The notes beneath the pieces were generated by a model. The model saw only the letters and a program-made list of their open reading frames with translations. It had not been told where the DNA came from and did not search any database. Made by a program: the position numbers and the translations under genes. A DNA stretch of 63,997 bases, counting the filler, from Stramenopiles sp. TOSAG23-2 (lineage: Eukaryota): assembly GCA_900128395.1 (NCBI GenBank). It is 26 parts of 26 records of this genome, joined end to end, with 100 filler letters (N's around TTAATTAATTAA, not from the genome) between each part and the next. Parts side by side here need not be neighbours in the genome. Positions count along the whole stretch, not along the records: positions 32,159 to 34,525 come from LT651804.1; positions 34,626 to 36,992 come from LT651805.1; positions 37,093 to 39,457 come from LT651806.1; positions 39,558 to 41,920 come from LT651807.1; positions 42,021 to 44,382 come from LT651808.1; positions 44,483 to 46,844 come from LT651809.1; 20 more parts are not named here. One strand, given 5' to 3'. How positions within the stretch are numbered: position 1 is the first letter of the stretch; every line of letters begins with the position of its first letter. This document shows positions 33,348 to 44,794 of this stretch, piece after piece.

Positions 33348-34525
33348 ATGTATTTAGGAAAAGAACGTGGGTATGATGGACCAATGATGGAAACTAATGT
33401 TGTTTCAAATAGGTTAAAAAAGTCAAATGATTTTAATGTCAAATTAAAAGATATGTTTACAAATATGTCAATTGGTAAGACTATCCGTATTAAGTGGAAT
33501 AAAGGCTTTTTAGCTGAATATTTTTTAGCTGAAATAAAAAATTATAATAGTAACTCTAAAAAACATACAATTTATTATTTTGAAGATCAAATACAGGAAA
33601 GCATTGATATATCACAAGAAATACTTCAGATAGGAAAACCAACTTCAAATCATTATCCTATATCACCAGAAGAATATAATAGAAAACGAAATATTTCAAA
33701 AACCATTAAACAAAAACAAAAAAAAAGAAAAAAAAGAAAAAAAGAGGAACAGGAGGACAACGAAAAAAAGAAGAAAAGCAATGATATACAAAGGGAATTA
33801 ACTTATAGTAGTCAAAGAAATATGGACACTAATACCAATAGCAGTAACAATAATAATGGCAGTACTAGAAACTCTGAAGAATCAGTTGCAATGACAAAAA
33901 ATCTAGATTTTAAAACTTGGTTGAAATGTCGTAAAACATTATGGCGTGGAAATCGAATAAAAAGAAAAAGAATAAGCGAGGATAATAATATAGTGAATAA
34001 TACCGAGGACGATCATTTAAAAAGTATGGCTTGGAAATCAATACAGAGTAAATGGTATCCCCCTGGAACGGTTTGTTACTTAATACCAAAAGTAAAAAAA
34101 GAATTGTTGTGGCCATGTATTGTATTAGATGAAACAAATATCGAAGAAAATAGTGAAGTATATTCATGGTTTGTAGACACAATTCTACCACAATATAATA
34201 ATGCAATTTTAGTATTTTGCTTCGGTTCTCATAATTTTTCATCTGCTAATAAAGGTGATATTGGTCTTCAGCCATGGGGAAATGGAAATCTTCATATTGA
34301 AGATACAGATGAAAGAACGAAGTTGCGACTTTGTAAACGACGTGTTTTAATAAAACAATACCAAAAAGCAGTAAAAGAAGCAACATTAGAAAATAATAAA
34401 AGTATCCAAAACCGAGTATTTGGTCCATCAACAAAATCTACAATATATGATGATAATAAAAATAATAATAATAAGATGACAACATTGGAATTGGACAATG
34501 ATACCATAGATGCAAAATCATTACG
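33348..34525 (+). CDS. Tudor-like plus PWWP-like domains (upstream half of the same scrambled gene)
   Basis: IGKTIRIKW...YFLAEIKNYNSNSKKHTIYYFED (Tudor-like) and LWPCIV...ILVFCFGSHNFS...YQKAVKEA (PWWP-like). Ends in MTTLELDNDTIDAKSL, identical to the start of the minus-strand ORF. Confidence 0.72.
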
Positions 34526-34957
34526 NNNNNNNNNNNNNNNNNNNNNNNNNNNNNNNNNNNNNNNNNNNNTTAATTAATTAANNNNNNNNNNNNNNNNNNN
34601 NNNNNNNNNNNNNNNNNNNNNNNNNTTGGATAAATAAAAAAAAAACAATATTTTGGCACAAATTCGGCCGGCTGCTATGTCGTTGGTATTTAATAATTAA
34701 GTACCTGGTACAACAACTTGTATATTTAAAATATTATATCATAATATATATTATGATACATAAATATTTATTATTGCCGAACACCCTCTTTTAACCTAAA
34801 TTTAAAATGGCACCTATTGTGGCAACTCCGAGACCTGAGACATAATACAATTTACATAAAGTTAACGATACACATTCTATACATATACATTCAGGCCTGA
34901 GGATTAGGATCACAGACATCTTCCTCTTTAATATCAATATTATATATTTAAAATATA

Positions 34958-36992
34958 TTAGGCTTTATTACTACCTTTTTTTTTGCGTTTCTTTTTCTTT
35001 TTCTTCTTTTTTTTTCCTCCACCTTCTAATGTTCCGTATGATTCAACTCTTNNNNNNNNNNNNNNNNNNNNNNNNNNNNNNNNNNNNNNNNNNNNNNNNN
35101 NNNNNNNNNNNNNNNNNNNNNNNNNNNNNNNNNNNNNNNNNNNNNNNNNNNNNNNNNNNNNNNNNNNNNNNNNNNNNNNCTCTTCGGATCCTCTCTAATT
35201 CAAGACTCGTTTTACAAGTGCTTTTGTGAATTTTCCAATGCAATTTTTGACAATCATAATTACAATAATAAGTCATTTTGCATTTCGCACAAACTTTTAA
35301 TTCTTCACTTTCTTTCCCACATTGTGCACAAGTTCTTATGTCTGGCGAACATGCAACGCTTGGGTCAATACCATTACTAAACAAGTTTTCATTATGTACT
35401 TTAGCGTTTTCTTTAAGATCATTTGTCATGTTAGCATGAATTTCGTCTATTTTCTTCTGAGATGTTCCTTTTGGGACAAACCCTGTGACAGTGGAGAAAC
35501 TAGAACTGACAAACTCATCATCAACATCAATAGGTGTGTCCATTGCTCTTAAAAACTCAGTATAATTTGCCATCTTGAATAATCTATGGCGTATTAGGCT
35601 TGCTGAAAATACTTTTTTAACAATACGTATGCTTTTTCTCGATTGTAGAAAAACGATGGTATACAATAAATTTGTCCTTAATTCAGTATTATCCATATCA
35701 CTACCAGGTAACGTCGGTCCGGTACGAGGTGGGGCCATGAGTGCCTCTACAGCATTAATAATTGTTTTCTGCCATAAACTAGATGGATTCCGCATTGCCA
35801 TACATGATGCAATATTTATCAACGCTTGTCTTCCTGCATCGCTCCCTTCAACATCAACCACAGCTTGAATCAAGTCTTTCCGAACAAATTTTTCGATTAA
35901 CTTAAGATCACATATTAAAAGTAATACCCGCCTGACAGTACGCTTCACATGTTCGGAATTCTCTTGACCAGAAAGCTCATCATCCTCACAGCAGCCACAT
36001 GAAGAGAAAGCATGTTCACTGTACATATTAATGGCAAAATAAGCTGTTTTTTTATTTCCATCGCATTGAATTAAGCTAAATAATATTTCGATGTATTTAG
36101 ATACAAAGCGTTTGTAAAACTGTGAGATCGAAATGTCCAGATGTGCATATGTTTCCGGGGAATTGCAATATGATATTAAAATGGCAGCAAATCCCTCAAT
36201 GCAGCTAATTATGAATCGTTCAGGATTTTCCAGCTTTCCAAGGAATCGTTTTTTGTTGTTACCAGTAATGTGCATTGAAATCCCACGTGCTAAGACACCA
36301 AACATTATTTCCAAATGGCAAAGTTGTACTACCTCATTTTCATCGCCTGGATCGCTACTATTTTTGTTGTCCTTTTGGTTTAAAAATTNNNNNNNNNNNN
36401 NNNNNNNNNNNNNNNNNNNNNNNNNNNNNNNNNNNNNNNNNNNNNTTTTTGTTGTCCTTTTGGTTGCTATTGTCGCTTTCATCTGTCTCTGTTGTTTTTA
36501 TTAGCTTTCGATCCTCAGTTCCAGGTGCTTGGGCGAGTGCAATGCATTGAGAATAATGCTTTACCAACTGTTCTCTCAAATCAATTATCGAAGCACGACA
36601 TTCTTCTTCCCAGTACAATTTTTTCTCTGCAGGGAGCTTGTGATAATCCTGAAGATCTGTATTTGTTTTTTCAGGGGGGTAAAATAATTGCCCGGCTGGC
36701 TTGATTTGTTTTGGTCGTGTATTTGCACAATAGTAGCAATACATATGAGCTGGTGAAGGGCAATTTTGTGCTTCTCGTGTACTACGAGAGGATTCGAAAG
36801 AATTAAAACTTCCACTAGATACCCAATTGCAAGATTCCTGTCCCCGTACTAAAAACAAACCACCCTTCTTCGTTTGAAGATGTGCAGCATTTATAATTTC
36901 ACAATATACTTTGCTACTATCAATTGAAGAATTTAACGATAATTCTTTCAACTCTCTAACAACTTTGTCATTCCAGTTTAATTGCGCTTTTT
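34958..36992 (-). CDS. C-terminal MYND zinc-finger protein, interrupted by two N gaps, 5'-truncated; possible degenerate HMG box upstream
   Basis: CAQC...CAKCKMTYYCNYDCQKLHWKIHKSTC. ORFs 36358-36951 and 35043-36482 join across the gap; the tail GGGKKKK...GSNKA stops at 34958. Confidence 0.75.
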
Positions 36993-37711
36993 NNNNNNNN
37001 NNNNNNNNNNNNNNNNNNNNNNNNNNNNNNNNNNNNTTAATTAATTAANNNNNNNNNNNNNNNNNNNNNNNNNNNNNNNNNNNNNNNNNNNNATTTACTG
37101 TATATCGCTGTTATAAATACAACACTTGTTTATTTAATTATTTACAATAGCTAGTAACTTTAATTAGAAATATCCTATAGGGATATAATTTCTATTTGTA
37201 GACATAGATTTAGTGGCTAAGTATGTTTACTATGTATACCAAAGATCCAGATAGACAAATACAATCAATAAGGAAGGTAACTGCTATTTTGGATGGCGTT
37301 TATTTTTCAATAATTTGGACAACATAACTGACCATGTACATACACTATATATATATATTATATATAATTCTATTCAATAGTACTATGTAGTTATAATAAT
37401 AGTATAATACTCTAATAATTATTACCAGGTAATAATAAATAAAAGAAAGGCACAACAAAGGAAAAATAAACTGTTAAACGCATGTGCGCTTCCCAGCTTC
37501 GCACACCTTCTGGCCTTCGCTTCTTTCTAAAAAAAGGCTGTCTGGCAACCAGCTAACTCGCAGCATTTATAGTTAGAGAGGTTTTTCTCTATTTTACCAA
37601 GTATAATATCCTCCTAAGTAGTTCGTAGTTTTTTTTTTTTGGCATTGTGCCAGATTTATTAGATTGCTGCAGAGAAAATGTTACAACAAGATACAGGAAG
37701 TTATCTATGTT

Positions 37712-37953
37712 GCTTTTTGCTTTTCAGTTTAATTAAATATAAGCACATAACGAAATCTCATTCAAACAAAAAGAAGATAATATTTTATTATTATTTTATT
37801 ATCATCATTTAAGAAAAACATTATTATAATCAAAAAGCTTTTTGCTTTTCAGTTTAATTAAATATAACGAAATCTCATTTAAACAAAAAGAAGATAATAT
37901 TTTATTATTATTTTACTATCATCATTTAAGAAAAACATTATTATAATCAAAAA
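37712..37953. repeat. Imperfect ~120-bp tandem duplication upstream of a gene
   Basis: 37712-37836 and 37837-37953 differ by a small indel and a few substitutions. Confidence 0.85.
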
Positions 37954-37960
37954 TAATATA

Positions 37961-39457
37961 ATGTCTACAATATCACAAATATTATTATTGTTTATAAGCT
38001 TTAGCATAACATGTAATTGTTGCGTTGTTGATTTTTACGTTGATCTAACATACGGTATTTACAGATCAGAAGTTCGCTGGTGGATTAAACAAGACGGTGT
38101 CACATTTGCTAGTGGTACCTCATCAGATAGATATAATATCAAAGTGAGCGGAGTAGATACATCTAGATCATTTCAAGTTAGTGGCAAGGATACGTTTGGG
38201 GATAGTTGGAATGGAGCCGTCCTAAGAATTTATAAATACCCTAGCTACGAAGTAAACCAGGGTCGCCAAGTACTTTACGAGTGGAGCGGGCCAACAAATT
38301 CTGATGACAAAAGAACTATTTTAAAAACTGCAAATTTGAAAAATGATTTTTCATGTGCTCCTCCGTGTAAAGCAATTTATAAATACCCTAGCTACGAAGT
38401 AAACCAGGGTCGCCAAGTACTTTACGAGTGGAGCGGGCCAACAAATTCTGATGACAAAAGAACTATTTTAAAAACTGCAAATTTGAAAAATGATTTTTCA
38501 TGTGCTCCTCCGTGTAAAGCAACCGTTGAAGAATTGGCGTGTTCTAGTGGTTTTTTTGCTGGAACCGGAATCGACTGTAACCTTGATAAAAGATTCATTT
38601 GTATGGCGTGTCCTCCAGGAAAATACCAGAATAACGCCAATAGTACATTCTGTTTTGGATGTGAACCTGGTCTATATAATCCTGACTTTGGAAGGAAAAC
38701 AACGTAAGTATATCAGATTGTAATAATTCAATATGCACATATATCTCTAACATCCATATTCTATTACATAAAATAGTTGTTATCATTGTATTCCAGGAAG
38801 ATATACAAGCTTTCCATATTACAATGCAACCACTTGTATGGATTGCTCAAAAGGTAAATACAGTACAAATAATGCCGGTGTAAACGAAGATTCATGCATT
38901 AGCTGTGAGCCCGGTAAATACCATTCTGCGAATGGAAGGGGTTATGGATGTACGGATTGTGGTCTCGGAGAAATAGGAAACCTGCCTTTAAGTGCAACAA
39001 GCTGTATTAAATGTTCCTCTGGCTTTTATAATGATGATCATCGACAAATTAAATGCAAAGGATGTGCTGCTGGTAAATATACCAATATGTACTACAGTAA
39101 CAGTTATTCGCTTCGAATGTGTAAAAGTTGTCCTGCCTTTAAGTGCAACAAGCTGTATTAAATGTTCCTCTGGCTTTTATAATGATGATCATCGACAAAT
39201 TAAATGCAAAGGATGTGCTGCTGGTAAATATACCAATATGTACTACAGTAACAGTTATTCGCTTCGAATGTGTAAAAGTTGTACTGCGGGTTATTTTGCA
39301 AACAAACTGTCAAATGCAACTGGTTGTACTGTATGCTTGCCTGGATATTACACATCTCAAAATATGCAAATAACATGTAAAAGCTGCGCTGCTGGAAAAT
39401 ATTCAACTGTATCAGCCACTGGCATCTGTCTATCATGTCAGATCGGTTTTTTTGCAA
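37961..39457 (+). CDS. Secreted cysteine-rich protein with TNFR/GCC-like CxxCxxGxY repeats; intron 38704-38776; 3'-truncated
   Basis: Signal peptide, D(T)FGDSWNG motif and many CxxCxxGxY units. The GTAAGT...CTAAC...TAG intron restores the frame (KTT|CYHCIPGRY). Contains exact 147-bp (in-frame) and 151-bp (frameshifting) duplications. Confidence 0.78.
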
Positions 39458-39744
39458 NNNNNNNNNNNNNNNNNNNNNNNNNNNNNNNNNNNNNNNNNNN
39501 NTTAATTAATTAANNNNNNNNNNNNNNNNNNNNNNNNNNNNNNNNNNNNNNNNNNNNGTCTGGTATGAAAAGGGGTGTGAGAAGAGAGAGAGAGAGACAG
39601 AAGATATATATATATAGAAAATGTGAGTAATATAGTAGATTCTTCTTCATATAACATTAAATTTGTTTTCTATAATTAAAACTATTTTAATTTCTATATT
39701 TTTCACTCACGAATAATTATTCTTCCATTTGCCTAGATTGTACG

Positions 39745-39788
39745 GGATTGCCTGGATTGCCTGGATTGCCTGGATTGCCTGGATTGCC
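39745..39788. repeat. 9-bp tandem repeat (ggattgcct) x5
   Basis: Read directly from the sequence. Confidence 0.92.
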
Positions 39789-40765
39789 GTTGCTACGAGG
39801 ATCCTCGTATTTCCAGGTATTCCACAGAGAATTCGCAATTTATTTCGATTGTGGTGAATGGTAATTTAATGCTAAGCCCATGCATGCCCTGGGCACTGCC
39901 TCGGGAAACCAGTTGCAGTTTACAAAGTCCCCGAGACCCAAAAAATTTCGATCTGAGTGGCTCTCTCCCTTGCCTCCCGAGACTTTTCGCTGCTAGACTA
40001 TTAATACCTGGCAGCTGAATTTTCTAGCAAACTATTACGAGCGTAGGCACACAGCATGGACTAGTCGTCTACCTGAGATGCAATCCAGGCAATCGGGACC
40101 CTTAAACTCATAATGTATCAAAAATTTCCTCCGCGAAGAGTAAAAATATAAGTACTGTATATCTATAAATTGCAGTAAACGAAATATTACAGCGTATTCC
40201 CATACAATAATATCTTGTGAAAACAAGCAAAACGTGATCGAAGGCGGGCGTGCGGTGATTGTAAGAAGATAAATAGAGAAGGCCAGAAAGTTCAAAAGTT
40301 TGACTATGAATCGGTTAATGAAAGGAACAAAAGTGACTGGCGAAATAATAAAGCGACTGGATTAAATCAAACGAAAGAATCTTTATTAGAAGAAATTCAA
40401 AATATGAAAATACACACTTTATATAATGCGGTAATGCGGTAGATGAGTTAGAAATCCAATTTGGAGAAAGAATTGAAACAAAAACAGTTTTATGGTTAAC
40501 AAATAAACAAGCAATGATGTTTAGAACAGAAAGTATGCGACATCACAAAAATTAACTAGATATGCAATTTAACATATATGAATAAGAGAAGTAGATATAT
40601 TTAGATGATGCCGCTTCCATATTTTATTAAATTCTTTCCATGTTCTCCGGTGTGAAAGTTGGGAATCACGTAGACAAAACCGCATAGACAAAGGTGATAT
40701 GCTAGCATAAGTTAAATGCAAAAATAAAGCGCCAATAAACATTTACAAACAAACAAACGAAAAGG

Positions 40766-41636
40766 ATGCAATACTCTAATACCAAAAATGATCACAGCTC
40801 GATTTTGCTGAAGGAACCATCATTAATACTTGAACCGCTACAAAAACAACAGAAAACAACAGAAAACAACAAGATCGCAGATACAATGGCATTTAGACAA
40901 TCAGAAGAAAACCGAAGCGACAAAAACACATGCAAGCATCATTGATCTGACGGGGATATCAAACCTTCCCGAAATAATTGATTTAACGCAGCAAGTAGAT
41001 ACTGTTAGCAAAACCGAAATTGGTCATTCGCATAAGGCAGCTCGTAAACGAGCACAACAAAGGTGGCATGCACTGGTTCAACGCATTGGAAAAACTAATG
41101 GAATGGAAAAAGAACTCGGCCCCAACTTATTTGCAGACTTTGAAACGTATGCAGTTGAAAATTACAAAAAGCAATTCCTGAAATATTTTATCCCTGTTTC
41201 ATCTGAGATATTAGCGTGCACAGGGCCTTTATCAAGTGTTGCCGGCAACCATTCAACAAAAGTTTGTCCACGGCAGTATGTAGTAGACTTTACCTCCTCA
41301 GACTGCCTTCCGCAACTCAGTGGTCTGCATCTCGATCACAATTACGATGTGGCACACGTTTGCGACGTATGGCGCCGATTAATTAAAGGACGTAAACTCT
41401 CGCAGTGGAACGATTGTGTTAATGGCAAGCTAATCGCGCATTTATTATTCGGCACGACAAAGTCCAGTGGAGGGAAGACGGCTAAGGAAAAAATGATTTT
41501 GTCAAAACCAAATATTTACTTTCGTTGCGGTAACACTCGTAAGAAACGTAAACTTCAAGGAGACTTGGAGTTTTGCCACAATGTCAAACGGGCACATTAC
41601 TCTCATGTACTATTACCATGCGATTTAAGTGCATAA
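40766..41636 (+). pseudogene. Putative HNH-like (His-Me finger) protein with two SIM-like IIDLT motifs, frameshifted by a 10-bp duplication
   Basis: ATG 40766 joins ORF 40830-41636 if one agaaaacaac copy (40851-40870) is removed. Motifs LHLDH...NIYFRC...FCHN. Confidence 0.45.
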
Positions 41637-42020
41637 GCTTACATGTCAAATGTAACAGTGTAATTTCGTACATGATAAGTGTGAAAATATTACCCTGAAA
41701 ACAAAAGCAGCATGGGAAGAAATATGGTTGTTCTATTATTTATTAAATTAATGCAATTCCGGTAATAGTGCAATAACAAAATGCAACCAATAATAAAAAT
41801 AATTATTTATGAATATTCCAAATCTTACCTGGTACATTTCGAATACATACATATACACACAATCAAAACTTGCGCTTATAATAATCGTTTTGCTTTAAAA
41901 TGTGCATTTGGTGAGTCGTANNNNNNNNNNNNNNNNNNNNNNNNNNNNNNNNNNNNNNNNNNNNTTAATTAATTAANNNNNNNNNNNNNNNNNNNNNNNN
42001 NNNNNNNNNNNNNNNNNNNN

Positions 42021-42838
42021 CTACACGTACTCTCGTCCGCGCCGAGCGCGCCCAACGCCAAAGTCGCCTCTTTCCCTTTTCCACCCGTTCGTTCTCTCAA
42101 CATCATCTCTTCACCGTCTCCAAATCTTAAATCCATCCCTAAATGTCCCTCAAAATAGTCCATAGCGTTCCATTCGGCCAGCTCTTCGATGAATAAAACT
42201 CTCTTCAATTGCATCGCAAATGCCAACCACTCGGCGACGATACCGCCCATGTGCCCTAATCCGACTCCAAACCAAGCCGTCTTGATGACTAAATACTTCG
42301 CTTCGGACCGTTCTCGTTCGTATTCTGGATCGTTCGATAACACGCGGTTCCTCCAGGAGACATACTTTCCGTATTGCGTGAGGAATTCGTGACACGCGAA
42401 ATGTTTCTCCGCATCCGTCGTCGTCTCAAAGTCCTTCTCGTCGTCTCTTTCCTTCTTCGTCAACGTTTCGTTCGCGACACCCACCGATAATAAATCTTTC
42501 CAAATATCATCCTCGTCCAAACATCCACATCGGGATTCGAAATCGTACATCGAACGTCGCTCTTTTCGCGCCATTTTCGTCAACACTCGTCGTCGTTTCG
42601 CGCTGTTGTTGTTGTTGTTGTTCGCGGATGACGACGATCGAATCGCGGCGTCGATGCTTTCTTTTTGCGTTTTGGGAACGCATCGAATAAAGTCGACATC
42701 ATCATCATCATCATCTCCAAACGCAGCAGCAAAGGTCGTCGTCGTCGTCTTCGATGCACTTCCGAACACCACAAAAAAGAGAGAGACGAAAACGACGAAC
42801 GTTTTGCACGAAAGAAGAAGACAACGCTTTTTTGTCAT
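42021..42838 (-). CDS. Secreted/type II membrane protein, possibly glycosyltransferase-like (foreign GC-rich contig), 3'-truncated
   Basis: Signal anchor; KYLVI...GVGLGH...FAMQLKRVLFI resembles the GLGN...A...R.L pattern of fucosyltransferase-like families. Confidence 0.5.
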
Positions 42839-42976
42839 GACGACGACGACGACGACGACGTAATAAAAGTCCTTGGTAAAGGTGGTGGTGGGTTTTGCGC
42901 GCGCGTTTTAATAACAGAGTGTGTGGAGAGTTGGATTAATTGGATTACTCTTTTCGACTCCCCTATTTAAGAGTAC

Positions 42977-44382
42977 TTAGGAGTAGACTCCGAAGAAGAA
43001 GAGACGAACGAAAATCGCTCGCAAAAGAAGGAAAAATCTATGATGTGGACTCTGATACGATGGCGTCGAGATTCGAATATCCGGACCGTAAGCTAAGCGA
43101 GGATGTATGTGCGCCACATTTTCCCACCACTGAACGTAAGCAAACAGACACGCGACCATTTTGAGAAGAAATGGCAACGCATCCACTCGACGGCGCATTA
43201 GGTATGCTTTGCGTCTGGCGAATCGCAACCGCTTCGAACGAACGGCTTTTCGAATTTCGATCTGTTCACCGACGTGGATGTCGGGTTCGTCGTGGTCGTT
43301 GACTGGTGTGGGCGATGCGAGTTTTTCTGAGAACAAGTAAAGCGGTGGATATCTTTTGCGGTCGAAACTTGACCCGTTAAACGTCGTTTTGATTTCGTTC
43401 GCGCGTAAGATTTTCGTCGGCGGGTATTGGCTGAACATTTTTAGCGCCGAGTGACACAACGCATCGACAGCTCTCAATTGACGCGCTTTTAACCACTTGT
43501 TCTTTTTCCTTTTACTCGACGACATGCTAATCGCTAACGATGAAGACGACCCGAATGAAACGGTTCGAACTTTCTGCATCATCCGCTTAATCTTCTTCTT
43601 TTTCTCGTGCTCTGATTCGCCGACGAAAACTTCTTCTGCTGTAATTTCGTTACGAGTATCTGTGTCGTAACTTTTCAAATCGGGAACAGTTTCTAAGCGG
43701 CTTAAAAACGAAAACAATACGTCTTCGTCGTTGAATTCGTGTCGCGCTTTGATGATGCCATCGCGTTCTCGCAATAAAACGGCCACGGTCAAATAAATGG
43801 GCATTAACGGATGCGACGCTAGGAACAAATCGAACACGCGTTTCACGCACTCAAGTTTGCTCTCCTCTTCTTCTTTCTCTTCTTCCTCGCTGGTGTTTGC
43901 ACTGCACGACTTCCTCTTACTACTATCACCTGATATCGAATGCCACGTCAAAAGTTTCTGCAACGCGAACTGATACTCGTTTTTCCTCGCGCCAAATGTA
44001 ATGGCTTCTTTCAACTCGTCGTCTTCGCTCAACGCCGCGTCTATCAATCTTGCCAAACATATCCGAAGAGTTAAAATCGCTGGATACATCGTTTCTCTCG
44101 TGTTATCTCGCAAACTAAAAGACGCCAAGCGTTCGAGCATTGCGCACGATATTTTATACCTCGCGTTCGCATCCTCCTCTTTGTCTCTTCCTTCTCCTTC
44201 TGCCCCGTCGTCCTTTCCCTCGCCTATCGACAAGACTACTTGCGCTATCGCGTGGAACCCTTGATAATAGTTCAGGCCATTCTCTCTCCGTCCTCCGAAA
44301 ACCGATCGCAAGCATCTCTCCAGTTCTCTTCTCTTTTCTTTTTGCGTCTCCTTTTCTTTGTCGAGGTTAAAATACGACCGTT
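42977..44382 (-). CDS. Rab-GAP TBC domain protein, TBC1D20/Gyp8-like (foreign GC-rich contig), 5'-truncated
   Basis: YYQGFHAIAQV (Gln finger), FSLRD, FALQKLLTW and RVFDLFLASHPLMPIYL, with a C-terminal hydrophobic segment. Confidence 0.85.
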
Positions 44383-44794
44383 NNNNNNNNNNNNNNNNNN
44401 NNNNNNNNNNNNNNNNNNNNNNNNNNTTAATTAATTAANNNNNNNNNNNNNNNNNNNNNNNNNNNNNNNNNNNNNNNNNNNNCTATATTATCAATAATAA
44501 ATATTATTATTGTAATACTAAATTATTAAAAATCATAAATCATAGATACTAGGGAAGAAGAGCAGAAAGAACAGTAATCAACGAAGGTCACTGTAGAACA
44601 AGAAATAATACGACCACTTCTTACGCATCTCAAATCTCATATAATAACATATTGGCAATTTTCAAATTGTATACAACAAGCTAACAATTGTAGTTATGTA
44701 TAAGACCTCAGACAAGATGGACAAAGAGCCACTCATATTGCATGGATTTTCGTCGCACGGAAGAAACTCTCAAACTAATACAAAGAAGTCGAAA

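Noticed and set aside
38227-39281. Exact 147-bp and 151-bp duplications as domain expansion or phase variation
   Set aside because: The copies are identical and about read length, and one breaks the frame. Most likely scaffolding or gap-filling artefacts, as at 28061-28266.
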